Source: Octopus sinensis (Eukaryota). From it: 64,000 nucleotides of DNA. The stretch spans positions 17,546,001 to 17,610,000 of the forward strand of contig NC_042999.1 of assembly GCF_006345805.1 (NCBI RefSeq), read 5' to 3'. The position numbers and the translations under genes are program-made. The notes under the pieces are model-generated. The model ran no database searches and was not told the DNA's origin. It saw only the letters and a program-made list of their open reading frames with translations. Position 1 is the stretch's first letter; the number at the start of each line of letters is the position of its first letter. Shown here piece by piece: positions 39,536 through 53,045 of this stretch.

Positions 39536-39741
39536 GGAGTAAACACATAAATGTGAAACAAGGTGGAAAAAAGAGTACTCAAATACCAGTGGTAGAGTAA
39601 TATGCTTTATTTTAAGCAGCAGAAAATTCAACAAAATCTGTTACTCTGAGTTTCTCGTTGCCGTTCAAAAACTGTCTGATGAACGGCAACGAGAAACTCA
39701 GAGTAACAGATTTTTTGAATTTTCTGCTGCTTAAAATAAAG
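39534..39741 (-). mobile_element. Fold-back PLE end between (TA)n tracts
   Basis: 39605-39667 is the inverted repeat of 39680-39741; contains an HHR; (TA)n on both flanks. Confidence 0.8.
39672..39709 (+). ncRNA. Minimal type I hammerhead ribozyme (stem II base pair lost)
   Basis: CTGT-CTGATGA-ACG(gcaa)CGA-GAAA-CTCAGAG-TA-ACAG; GNRA loop; A.A mismatch at the base of stem II. Confidence 0.7.
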
Positions 39742-39752
39742 TGTATATATAT

Positions 39753-39848
<96 letters not shown>

Positions 39849-39863
39849 AATATATATATATAT

Positions 39864-40175
39864 GGGGGCGCAATGGCCCAGTGGTTAGGACAGCGGGCTT
39901 GCGGTTGTAGGATCGCGGTTTCGATTTCCAGAACAGACGTTGTGAGTGTTTATTGAGCGAAAACACCTAAAGCTCCACGAGGGTCCGGGGGGATGTGGTC
40001 GCGATCCCTGCTGTACACTTTCGCTACAACTTTCTCTCACTCTTTCTTCTGTTGATCTGGTCGCTTAGCCAGCGGGGTGGCGTCATTTGAAGGCTAAAAC
40101 AATGTGAAGCGCATTGTGACCAGCAATGTGTAGCAACATCTGATAGCCTGGTCAGCTACGGTGATCACTGTGATC
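39864..40175 (+). mobile_element. SINE family C
   Basis: GGGGCGCAATGGCCCAGTGGTTAGG ... GGTTTCGATTTCC. Confidence 0.85.
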
Positions 40176-40265
40176 TGTGGCTTCTAGCTCGCTCTGATAC
40201 TGAGTTGAGTTGGTGCCTTCTAGTATCTCAAAATTCAATATTCAATCATTCATGATTGTTTGTAT

Positions 40266-40357
40266 CCTGCGCTGATGAAAGAAGAAGTCTGGGTAAGGTA
40301 GAGTTATCTAATTCTTATGCTTTCCTAAGACTTGATCTCGAAACGTACGTCCGTAGG
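40266..40357 (+). ncRNA. Type I hammerhead ribozyme, base of stem II decayed
   Basis: CCTGCG-CTGATGA-aagaagAAGTCT...AGACTTgatctc-GAAA-CGTACG-TC-CGTAGG. Confidence 0.7.
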
Positions 40358-40543
40358 TGACTTAAAACTGTATGATAGAATGCCGTTAATTCATTCTCTC
40401 TTACCTGTTTGTTTGCCTTTCAAATGCTGTGCCTTTACTGTGATCTCCCTTTTAGTAGAAGAAATAGCTATAATCTCTTTGACTGCTATTTCTAAATTCG
40501 GTGTGTGGTAAGGCAATTCGTTGCTAAACCCTTAATTGCTTTG

Positions 40544-40581
<38 letters not shown>

Positions 40582-40851
40582 ATATATTATATATATATAT
40601 AATATATATATATATAATATAAAGCATGGATGCGCATAGTTTAGTGGCATATCATCTACTGTGATGAACACCTTAATAGGATGTATTCAATGTCATTAGG
40701 TACTACTAATACAACGAACACGGACTATGTTAGTAAGAAATATGTGACTTATGGAAACTCGAGTAGCAAGGAATTAAAAAATTATAAATTCCACCCCTGT
40801 ATATAGGCATATTAGTAATATGCATATATACATAGACATACATACACACCT

Positions 40852-40898
<47 letters not shown>

Positions 40899-41012
40899 AA
40901 CACACTGACGTATTACTATATTCACGCAAACATGTATGTATATATATATATATATATATATATAATTTGTTGACATACGACTGTGCGTATGGGAGTATTA
41001 TATAAATATGTA

Positions 41013-41088
<76 letters not shown>

Positions 41089-42139
41089 TACATTTTATAT
41101 AATACTCGCGCACGCACACATTTATGTCAACAACTTATATATATATATATAAAGCAACAAGGGTATAGTTAATGCATTTGTGGGTGCACCAAATTCAACT
41201 TCGTTCAAATAATGCCATTAGATAGAAGAAACATTGGATTTTCAGTATTTCTCTCATTCACGATGGAGAAGAAAGAAACAGAAACGAACTAATCTACTTA
41301 CAAAATGACAACTGCATTTCATGCGAAAAAAAAAAACAGAAACAGAAATGAAAGTCTACACTATATAGAAATAAGTAAAAAACAACGTATAATTATTGAA
41401 CACGTCAGTGATGGAAATATTTGCCTTTAAGTTAATCCATTTTAGACCGGCACACACATATATATACACGCATATACAAATACTAATTGCGAAGATGAAG
41501 TTTAAAAAATAATCATGTTTCCAAACACAATGGTTAATAATTAATATCTCTGAAAAAAATTCATCCTGAAATATTCGACTTCGAAAAACGAAAGCCTCAA
41601 AGGACCAAATAGTCATATTTTTAACGATTAATCATGCTATAACTATTTACTGATGGGCAAACATAATCCCTATAGAACAGCTTATATATTTGCTTCGAAT
41701 GATTTTCCAATTGTCACTTATTTTATGCATTCATATCTCTCCTGAACATTCTTATAGCATGATGGTATTTCGAATGCATACGCTCCTTTCTGCGGTATTG
41801 TATCACCTCATTATTATCGTTTTCTGTTTCCATTTCTCACATTATTTCCATTGATTTACATTCATTGATTTAATTTGCTGAAACGTCGTGTGTCATCCTC
41901 TCTTTCCCTGCAAAGTATACAATCCCAGTATGCCCCAGATGCTAGTATCGATACTTATCAAATGTACTCGTGGTATAAATTTGATGGATACTGAAAGGTT
42001 TCGAACCTTCCAAATTCGTCTGCTGCTAGTCTTATGACATATGCCAGTGGACGAGTTTGACACTGTAAACGAGTTAGCAAAAATGACTAGTAAATATGAT
42101 AGTACAATTAGTTAAATCGCCATCATAGATCGGTAGCCA

Positions 42140-42305
42140 CTACACACATTTGTTTCTCTCCTTGTTTCCTTCTGTGTTCCTTTTTGTGGGATAGCGTAGG
42201 CTCGAAACGGTAAAGAATTTTTTAATTCCCGAGCGATATACTAATACATCTGTTTTTTCTACACCACCTGTCTTCGTCTTTTGTTTTTTTTTCGTGATTT
42301 CTCCC
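42140..42305 (+). mobile_element. Decayed short HHR-type module related to 57434 and 19947
   Basis: AGC-GTAG-GCTC-GAAA-CG..AAAG followed by TTCCCGAGCG..CTAATAC; the 5' core is destroyed. Confidence 0.5.
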
Positions 42306-42424
42306 TATATATATACATAGAGCAAATAAGAAAATGGAGAGGATACAAAAATGACATACTGGTAGACATTCTAGTATGTCTATTTATTCCTAAGTATTAT
42401 TATGTAGACATGTAATAACTATGT

Positions 42425-42713
42425 GTTACAGACATATGTACTAATATTACAGAAAAGAGCAGAAGAGAGCAAAAGATCAGATTATCAGAAGGTTCTAAGT
42501 TCGCTACGGTCGTTTTTGCCAAGAGCCTAGAGGCATATTGAACATCCAAACTTTATCTGCCCATCCCCACTGAACACTGAGGAGATGGAGATGGCATGGA
42601 GGATTTCGTTGCGTCTTGGCAGAAACGGCCGTAAGAAACTTAGAACCTTCAGACAAACTGATCCTTTGGTCTTTTCTGCTCGTTTCTGTAATATTAGTAA
42701 ATGTGTGTGTAAC
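42425..42713. repeat. Imperfect fold-back (~100-bp arms, ~89-bp spacer)
   Basis: TACTAATATTACAGAAA..AGCAGAA..GATCAG..AAGGTTCTAAGTT..TACGG.CGTT..TGCCAAGA pairs with 42614-42713. Confidence 0.8.
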
Positions 42714-42720
42714 GTGTGTA

Positions 42721-42800
<80 letters not shown>

Positions 42801-42915
42801 TTTTATACGTTTAGTTTAGTTAAGAAATCTTGATAAAATGTAGCAACCTCTACGGATTACATACAATCTTCAAAAGTTCGGAAATATAGAGAGGCATAAG
42901 TAAACAGAACAAGTG

Positions 42916-43086
42916 TATAAGAATACTGAGACTCACCGATATCAAATGGAAACAAAATAAATGCAGAAATACACTCCCAAACATTCTACCAATTCGCCGC
43001 CGTATGAATCCTTTCCACTACAACGTTTAATATTATTCGGTGATTATTAAGCTTCATTTACTAATCTTAAATATTTGTAAGCATGT
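42916..43086 (-). repeat. Inverted copy of 39214-39383
   Basis: Directly aligned by eye. Confidence 0.92.
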
Positions 43087-43296
43087 GTTTATTTTCTGTA
43101 CTAAATTCGTTCGCATATATGAAAATATTGATATGTCTCTCAAATAACGGAAAACAGAGATAATGATATTGATGCGTAACTTTACTACAGCACCAGACAC
43201 GACTCTGTACCTTTCAGGTGTAGTTAGTAATTCTTTTGTGCAGCGCATAAATAGTTCGTATATTTAATGAAGTGGGCGGATGTATGTATGTATGTT

Positions 43297-43330
<34 letters not shown>

Positions 43331-43425
43331 TATATAGTCATTGAAGTAGATAAATGAATTATCTTATTACGTGAGCGTTTGTCGAAAAGCTTGTTGTGCA
43401 TTTTGTTGGAGAATTAAGTTCCTGG

Positions 43426-43511
43426 ATTTTCCTGAAGAGAAAGCTGCAAAGTGGACTCCTTATTCAATCGGAATTAGGGACTTTGCAGACTTCGAAACAT
43501 ATGTCGAAAAT
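43426..43511 (+). ncRNA. Type I hammerhead ribozyme, intact core
   Basis: Stem I ATTTTC/GAAAAT; CTGAAGA at 43432-38; stem II GAA-AG-CTGCAAAGT/ACTTTGCAG-AC-TTC; GAAA at 43494-97; palindromic CATATG; GUC cleavage after 43505. It lies in a ~225-bp module between (TA)n tracts. Confidence 0.88.
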
Positions 43512-43562
43512 AAAATAAAGGAATTTGATTAAATCTTCGTTCAGCTCCATTCTTTACTATAC

Positions 43563-43608
<46 letters not shown>

Positions 43609-43617
43609 ATATATATG

Positions 43618-43682
<65 letters not shown>

Positions 43683-44043
43683 ATATATATATATATATAT
43701 ATATGGTATATGTATATCTGTCACAAGTTCTCTTTATATCAGAATATTTTGGTGCATCTGTTTTACGCCCATTTATTACCAAGTAGGACAAATGTTCTTT
43801 TACGTACGAAATATCTAGAATTTCCTTTCGAAATTCCTCTTGTATTTCACATGACATATTTATGGATTATTATGTCAATTTTACGGACTTTTAAAAGTTG
43901 GTTTCATTATAGAAGAAAATGTTTTTCCATACCTTATATAGAATGACAGATTTTTTGCAATAAAATTGCCTGGTTACTGTTTCTGAAATGTGATGTCTTT
44001 TATTAACCCTAAGATTAGTAATATAATCTAAAATCAAATATGT

Positions 44044-44203
44044 AGGCGCGGACATGGCTGTGAGGTAAGACGCTTGCTTTCCAACCATATGGTTCCGGGT
44101 TCAGTCTCACTACGTGGCACCTTGCGCAAGTGTTTTCTACTATAGCCTCAGGCTGACCAAAGCTTTGTCAGTGGATTTGGTAGACGGAAGCAGAAGAAGC
44201 CCT

Positions 44204-44256
<53 letters not shown>

Positions 44257-44530
44257 TATGCAGAGAGAGAGAGAGAAAGTTGTAAGTAGATATATAAATA
44301 TATAGATAGATATGTATTTATGTTTATGTGTGGGTTTTTTGTGTTTGTCCTCACTAACGCTTAACAACTGATGTTGGTGTGCTTACGTCTCCGTAACCTA
44401 GCGGTTCGGCAAAGAGTCCGACCGATAGAATATGTACTAGGTTTACAAAGAATTATTTCTGGGGTCGATTTCTTCGACTAAAAGCGGTGATCCGTCATGA
44501 CCACAGTGAAATGACTGAAACATGTAAAAG
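44044..44530 (+). mobile_element. SINE family B with internal (TA)n/(GA)n
   Basis: Homologous to 17024. Confidence 0.85.
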
Positions 44531-45429
44531 AATATATATATGTGTGTGTGTCGTGTATATATATATATATATATAAATATAAATAAATAAGAAATATATA
44601 TATATATGTATATATATATATCACTATGTATATTCGAGAATGTGTATTAGATGCAGTACATTTTCACAAAAGCAATTATAATTGAATATTAAGCTATGGA
44701 TCATAATCCAGTATCTTCCATTCGATTATACTGAATAAGCGCGAATACATTTAACAAGCATCTATAAAAGATATTTCTTCGTCAAAGCAATTCCTTATCG
44801 CCTTTAATGTCATGGAGGCTAAACAAAAAAAAAAAGCGTAGAGAAAATAGGAGTGCTTATACGGCGTGCACACCTATTCTCCTGCAATTCGTTACACACG
44901 CATAACCTCATTCGTATGCTCATTTCTCTTTGATATATTTCTTGGGATTACAAAAGTGAACTATAACATTTTTATGAAATGTATTATTTCTTAGAATCAC
45001 TGAGCTGAGAAATTAATTTCCTTATATTTGAATCATATATCTCTGAACTCTTTGAAATTCATCCACATCGAACGATCAAAGTAAGATTTCATTCACAAAC
45101 AAATGATTTAATAAGACTATTGCTATATAATACATAATCTGTATTATAATTTCATCTTTTCTGCATGTTACATCCTGCATCGTGCACTGGATTTAGATTT
45201 TTAATCTACATTACTTGCAGATGTATGATCTTCTTACTCTGATCTCGAATCTTCGGTGTATGAATCTGTCTTAGCAATCCTTAATATGAGAAATCTCCTT
45301 TCGCTATCCAGCAGAAAGGATCAATGTTTAAATCGACAATCTGTTACCTATACACATTCTTTCCATTTATTAGAAAAGAAACCACATGTAATGAAAGAAT
45401 ATGCGTCTTCCCTCTCTCTATTTATATGT

Positions 45430-45457
45430 GTATGTTTCTCTCTCTCTCTCTCTGTGC

Positions 45458-45488
<31 letters not shown>

Positions 45489-45777
45489 TATGTATTTATA
45501 TACATATATATGTATGTATATACATATGTATATATATACATAGATATGTATATATATACATTATATATACATATATATGTATATATATATATACATACAT
45601 ATATATGTATTTCCTATATATCTACATATAGACATATATATATATACATATATATATATATAATATATATATATATATAATATATATATATATATACATG
45701 TATATATATACATAGATATGTATATATATATATATGTATTTATAAGTATATACGTCTGAATGTACTTGTATATATAT

Positions 45778-45830
<53 letters not shown>

Positions 45831-45850
45831 ATATATGAATGTATGTATCT
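45430..45850. repeat. (TA)n/(TATG)n compound microsatellite
   Basis: Directly visible. Confidence 0.95.
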
Positions 45851-46399
45851 ATTAGATTCACGCTCCCACACACGCACTCATATATACATATATTTTAGAT
45901 ATCTAATACTTACACATATTTCTATATATGTATGAGTGTGTCGCGGTGTACGGTTATCCTGGAGATATTAATGGCATATGTAATTCATATGACATTTAAC
46001 GTGCCAAGGATTGCAAATTGTTTCTTTCATGTTTAAAAATTCGGTTTTTGGAAATACAAGACAATATGTTTAGCACGTGTTCACTGGATGCTTCAAACCA
46101 TTGATTGTTTCAAGTCTTTGAAATATATATAATCATTCAATATTATAAATATTTGTTTTACTCTTATCCAACTTAACGCCATATAGATACGTAACGCAAA
46201 AGTCTCAAATCCTAAACTCAGTATGCATCTTATTTCAGACTCTTGATATTTTAATTCGCAGCATAGACTTATATATAAAATACATTTACAAAGTCAGTCA
46301 CTGTGGTATGGTGCTTAACATTTTTGTTATACAATACTATATTGCATTACATGCATATATTATTTGTTTCGGAGCCAACTATTTTCTATGTTAATAAAT

Positions 46400-46800
46400 T
46401 AACAACAGTTAAGACAAATAAGTAAATACAATCATTCATCAACAGATGCTTGCGTAGTATACTTAAAATTAGATGGCTCGAACACATAAAAAATACGGAG
46501 ATATGGCAAAGAACAAATCAAGTTTCAATTAGGGAGCAATTATTTAAGAAAAAGGGGAAGTGAATTGGTAGCCCAATTAGAAAAGACACACCAAATGTAG
46601 CGAAAAGTGCTTTACAGTGGAATCCGGATGGATATAGAAAGAAAGGTAAGGCCTAAGAACTCTCGGCAGAAATCAACTCAAAAGGAACTAGAGAAATGGG
46701 GAATTCATGGCAGAGTATAAGTAGAGAAGCGAAAAATTATGCGACATGGAATTCAATTATAAGTGGCCTGTACTCCGCGTTGGAGGGTTAAAGGCAGAAA
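46400..46800 (+). pseudogene. RTE-clade LINE 3' end (RT C-terminus), decayed
   Basis: Frameshifted FINRCLRSILKIRW..N.EIWQRT..WIG..AKSALQWNP.G.RK.GRPK..W..W..I..GL, typical of the RTE C-terminus. Confidence 0.75.
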
Positions 46801-48417
46801 AAACAATTTTTTCACGTTACTTCATTTAGCAGAATTTAAAATTAAATGCAAGTCGCATGACGTATATTCCAGGAAGATGAGATGTGTTGCAGTATATTTC
46901 TCCTTCAAAAAGTAGCAAATCTCAAAAGCAAAGCGTTTTCATAGAAATAATGTACCAATATTATATACTAACGTAGCAAATTATATTCCAGCAATGTGTG
47001 TATACACAGGAGTATTAATAGTACATTAAGCTAAATCTTAAAATACGCACATGTATTTGAATTGCTTAAGCAATAGTGATGCAGTGTATTCACTAAATCT
47101 TCTTTATATAATATTACTAAAATATCTCTCTTATGGAAAGAATTGTAAACGCACTATATATGTATTTGTGTGTGTATTTGCTGGCAGAGAGGTTGATAGA
47201 TTGATAAAGAAGGAGAGAGAAATTTGTAAAAATAATTTTCATATTAGAATAGAATATTAGGAACAATAGATATAAGCATGGAAAGATCTTACGATTTAAT
47301 TAAAACACATTAAAATGTCGATAAATATAGAAATATAGACTTGTATCTGATTTTAGTATCTCAGAAATGACTTCGTATAGAGTGCTACACTGCCCCTGTA
47401 ATGTTAAAATGATTGATATTGAGTAGTAACCTAAATTACTATAAATAAAGCTTCATGTTAATGATTTAGGCAACATCTTTAAATGGCACGATATGTAGAG
47501 CATGAACAAGAATAAATCAAATAGAACAACGAACAGAGAGCCGCGATTTGACAGCTATACATGAAAGAACAATAAAAAAGAAATTTAAATGATGTGTTTA
47601 TCTATTCAATGCATATGTTCTCTGCAACATCTGTAGAGACATTATCTAGTGTTAAAATATCTATGAAGTTTCAATCGATGTCATGCTTCAAACAGGATAT
47701 GACAAAGTAACAATATTACACACAGAAAACAGTAGGAGATTAGCTTTGAAATTCAATATGAAAAGGAAAATATACCAACATTTTATAGGTGTCCATTCAT
47801 GCAAATATTTATCATTTCGCTTTGCAGTATAAACTATACAAACGTTTCTCCGATAAATGATATAACTTATGCACACATAATCTAAATATCAATTTTATAA
47901 ATTTGTGATTTTTTTCTCTATATAATTGATATTTAAATGACTACTTGTTTATACAAAGAACACAAAGATATTTAGCTTAGGAATTCGCAGCCACTCTTCC
48001 ACCTATAAAATATTCGGAGAGGTTATTCTAAGCAACATCATATTATAAAAGTCTTAGTGTCCTCATAGAAAAACGCCAGTGAATGGGTTATATTTCGTTT
48101 GTGGGATAAATAACCCTAAAAATGTGTTGAATAATATTTATTTAGAAAATTACGTTGAAACGTTATATATGCAGTTGAAACAGGAAAAAAAAATTGAAAG
48201 GCAATTTTCATATTGTTGTGTATTTTGGCAAATAGGTTCGATTGGGCAATGCCGAGTAGAAGAACAGTTACATATAAATGCTCATTTCAGGCTCCCAACG
48301 TTAAAGACAACATACACCATTGCACGCAAAGGATTACCCCAGGGCAATGGATGAGCTCCTGTGAGAAGCAAAAAAATTGTATATAAAAGCCCTGGACCGA
48401 AGACAAGGATAATATTC

Positions 48418-48463
<46 letters not shown>

Positions 48464-50013
48464 CGTGTGTATATGTATCTGTGTGTGTACGTGTGTGTGC
48501 ATGTGTGTGTGTATGATTTGGAAACAATATATATTCATTTTTTTAGTAAATGAAATATCTACATAGTCAAAAGGTTTCGCTTATGCTAATCATGACAAAT
48601 TAGTAGGTGACAGGATTATTATTTCGTGCTATCATAATAAGTTTTCATTTCATGCTAGTAAGAGGAGCAAAATATCTGATAGAGGGGCGTAGGGAATAAT
48701 TTGCTTTAAATGGTTAAGGAAATAATATGGTAGAATATCAACCGCTGCAGATACTTTGCGATAAAATTATAAGCTATTTCCTTTTCTAAGCATAATGATA
48801 ATGCTTATAATTCTAAAATTGTACCCGTGTGGCATTCACTTAGTTGAATGCAGTTACTCTTTTATCTCGAACGCTTCAATGGATTATATCGATTCATTTG
48901 AAGTGTATTTTATTCTATCAATTGTGTGGGTTTTATATCAAGTTTCACCTCGGTTAGACTGGGACCCAAACTCTAAAAAGCTGGAGCAATTTGTCCCCCA
49001 GGAATCAAATATCTGTACGACGGTAGGCAATTATTTTGTCTCCAGTACTTTACCGATTCTTTCTGCTATTGAATATCGAAAGGAAGAGTATAGTTGACCT
49101 CGATAATACTGGAAATCTTAAAATAACAAACGAAAAAATAGAAACGGAAAGAGAAAAAACACGGAGAAAAATCCACCAGGAGAATATTAATATGAAATAT
49201 AATAATTAATTGCTAATTTAATGCTCTATGATACGCTATTAGTTTTATTTCATAATAAATGAGAATCTCAAAATATGAAACACTTGTATCATTATAAGTA
49301 AACAAAGATACTTGCATATCATGTTTATATGCCCCGTATAAAGTAAACATAATATGACTACGTAAAACAACCAAAACAACATGAAATATGAAAACAACAA
49401 GAAAATAAGAAAATGTACAAATAAATATATGCATCGTTAGTAGGATTTAACATCAAACAGATTTCCTGAAATCGATATCTATAACTATAATCGTCTTTTG
49501 CATATACTTCGTATCAAATAACTTTTTATCAAATATATGAGTAATTTATTTGATCTTATAAAAATGCTAATTTGAATCTGATGGCCTTTCGATATACGCT
49601 CTATGATATAGTCGCAATGGAATCTAACGCATGCAAAGAAATCATGTGACCATAAGCATACGTATAGCAAGATGCACTTAACATACATACATGCATATAT
49701 TCCGGTATTTTTTTCTTTCTATATTTATATATTTAACTGTATTTATATACAGATCAATATATCTTTATGTAAACATCTGTTTTTCATATATAATGTACAT
49801 AAACCTTCATTTTAGACACATTTAATGCAGATACAAACATGAGAATCACATACATGTCAGATTCGAAATTAATATATTATGGTGTGTAATTATTACAGGG
49901 ACATGGATTTTACACACACATATATACACATACATACACACGTCTGTGAAACTATATATATATATATATACATAAATATACGTATATGTAGGCATATATA
50001 TATATAACTATAC

Positions 50014-50052
<39 letters not shown>

Positions 50053-50223
50053 CACATGTTTATGCTTATGTATTTCCCTAGGTATATATCTATATCTACA
50101 TCCTATTTATGTTTCTTTTCTTGATTATCCCTCTCCTCCTCTCTCTCTCTCTTATATGTATATATATATATATATATACATATATACATATACATATATA
50201 TATATATATATATATACATATAT

Positions 50224-50288
<65 letters not shown>

Positions 50289-51302
50289 ATGTATATATTG
50301 ACACACACATTAGCAATACAATTAATTTTTAATTTTTCCTTCTTTAGAAGTGTCAGGCAGAAATTTGTGGTTGCGTTATGGGTTGGAAATCAATGCGTAT
50401 AATCATATGAAATCGTTTTCAGTGATACATACTGCCATTTATTCGCTCATATTACGATACATTTTCTACACACACACACACACACCTAAATATACGCACA
50501 CCTAAACATACGCACACGCATACACTCACAGAGTCGCATACACAATGACATATGGGTTTAATTTAGCCTGCATAAAACAGCGATAGTTTCCAAATGAAAT
50601 ACATACAGGGAAAATATTTTATGTGTTGCTCAACCCGGCATTCAGCGCAGCTTAATAAACTTCTAATTTTTCACTACTACCGTCTTTCACTGGAACCTTT
50701 TGCACAATGTTTCCTATTGACAACAATAAATCACCGCATTAAACGTTCCGTATTGGTTTAGCATTTTCTTATAGAGGACAAATTTCATATCGAACCAAAC
50801 ACGAGTGTTGTCCTGGTTTCAGGAGAGATTCTCCTCTGGCATTACTGCAAACGATTATCGCTTTCGTTTCATATGAGTATAGAGAACTCACCTTTATTCA
50901 TTTGAGATGATTCTAGTCGGGAAAGTTACGTTAGGAAGTTAATAATGAAATTGCGAACAGAGAGCCGCCATTTGCTTCAGCTGAAAAGTAATCAGATGAA
51001 GAATATTTATACATTTTCCTTGTTCATAAAGATGATTTGTGACCGAAGTATTTTTGGAACGAAGTGCTTTTCTAATTTTCATAGTTTCTTTGAATTTGCG
51101 TCTCGGTTTTCAGATTCTCAATATTGACAAAAGATGGAAGGCGAGATCGAGCGGGGAATCTGTGAGCGAAATGCTTCCCGTGTGAAACAGGCCAAACTAT
51201 CTTTGCCAGGTCTCGGGATTTAAAACCTCTTTTCCTTTGGCAGAAGGAATATTCTGAAGAGCATTTTTTGAGTTCAAACAACACACAGTTTTTGATATGA
51301 GC

Positions 51303-51770
51303 AAGGCGGCGAGCTAGCAGAAACATTAGTACGCCGAGCGAAGTGCTTATCGGTATTTCGTCTGTCTAAGGCGGCGAACTGGCAGAAATGTTAGCACGTC
51401 GGGCGAAATGCTTATCGGTATTTCGTCTGTCTTTACATTCTGGGTTCAAATTCCACCGAGGTCGACTCTGCCTTTCAACCTTTCGGGGTCGATAAATTAA
51501 GGACCAGTTACGCACTGGGGTCGATATAATCGACTTAATCCCTTTGTCTGTCCTCGTTTGTCCCCTCTATGTTTAACCCCTTCTGGGCAATAAAGAAATA
51601 TGTATTTTGTCTGTCTTTACGTTCTGGTTTCAAATTCCACGGAGGTCGACTTTGCATTTCATCCTCTCAGGCTCGATAATTAAGTACCATTTGCGTCCTG
51701 GGATAGATTTAATCAATAGGACCCCTTTCAAAAAAATTCAGGCCTTGTAACTAGAGTAGAAAAGAATGTT
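51303..51770 (+). mobile_element. SINE family A array: duplicated 66-bp head, full copy, headless partial copy
   Basis: AAGGCGGCGA heads near 51303 and 51368; restart at GTATTTTGTCTG near 51602. Confidence 0.88.
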
Positions 51771-52550
51771 TGATATGAGTCAGATATAAACTCATTTTAA
51801 ATAGGTATAATCATTATAAATTTAATCACCATTTCATGAAGTAGTCTGTAAATAGAAAAAAATTAGAATGTGAAATTTAATGCTTTTTTCGTTTTATTAT
51901 TGAAAACGTTTCATCGACACTTTCATGTGAAAAATGAAACGGGGTTTCCTTTCCAATCAAGTGCGCCTATTTTCTAAAAGACATACATATGTATGAAATT
52001 TCACAGTTGCGTAACTAGAGGACCTACCATAATGTCTGTCACTTTACACTTTATGTACACTTCATGAATATTGTTCCCACGTCAGACTACCCCAAATCGT
52101 GAAACTGCATGTGATAATATGAAAACAGTTATGAAAACTTATAAAATATTAAGTGGAAGTTAAACTTACATGGAATACTGAACTTAACTATTTGCCCGAC
52201 ATTTTGTACTGATATACATATAACTACAAACATCCATACGTTGTGATACGTATTGTATGTACTGATACATATTTCAGAGTGAATATCCCCACAGTTGAAT
52301 CAGCTTCTTATGAATACTGACATATGCCATTGTACAACTTATATCAACGATGTTTAGAAACTGTCAAATAACCAAATAGCTGAAATATTTACCCTGTAAA
52401 CGATTTCAGGTTTTTATGTATTTTTAAATCCCAGCCATTCGTATAATGCGTTCAAATTTTAGCACTTGTCAGGAAATTATAAAAGAGTAGATATGTCATC
52501 TACATCGACACTAGGTCCCCACCCCAAAAAAAAAATCCATGAATAACCCA

Positions 52551-52764
52551 AAACCGTTGTGAAATTGAGCGGCGGAGTTTACTGCTGACACTATGACTGC
52601 TGGTATCTTGTATGATATTCTTGATATTGATGTAGCAGTGCTCAAAAACATATATCATAATCTTATTTTTATTTAATATTTTATATTCGGTTTCGATGTA
52701 TATAATGTTTATATATTCGGTTTTCGATGTATATAATGTTTCGTCAATTTATTAGCCACGTATA
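52551..52764 (+). repeat. About 190-bp direct repeat, second copy at 55123-55307
   Basis: Shared ACTATGACTGCTGGTATC...TATATCATAAT..TATTTTTATTTAATATTTTATATTC...GTCAATTTATTAGCCA. Confidence 0.85.
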
Positions 52765-52974
52765 CAACTGGTATCTTATTTTATCGACTCCGAAAGGATA
52801 AAAGGCAAACTTGACTGCGGTGAGGTTTCAGCATGGTTTGTAAAAAAAAACCGAAGAAATGCTGCTAAGTATTTCGCTTAATGTGCTTAAGGTTCTATCA
52901 GTTAACCGCTATTCGACTTGTGTATAATGAAATCACGTTGAATTATTTCCTCATACATTCGCCAATACGTTGAA

Positions 52975-52976
<2 letters not shown>

Positions 52977-53043
<67 letters not shown>
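52977..53043. repeat. (AAT)n microsatellite
   Basis: Directly visible. Confidence 0.95.

Positions 53044-53045
<2 letters not shown>

Noticed and set aside
51072-51300. Faint mariner N-terminus similarity (HIKNCVLFE...RSRLPS)
   Set aside because: Similarity too weak, and no TIR found.
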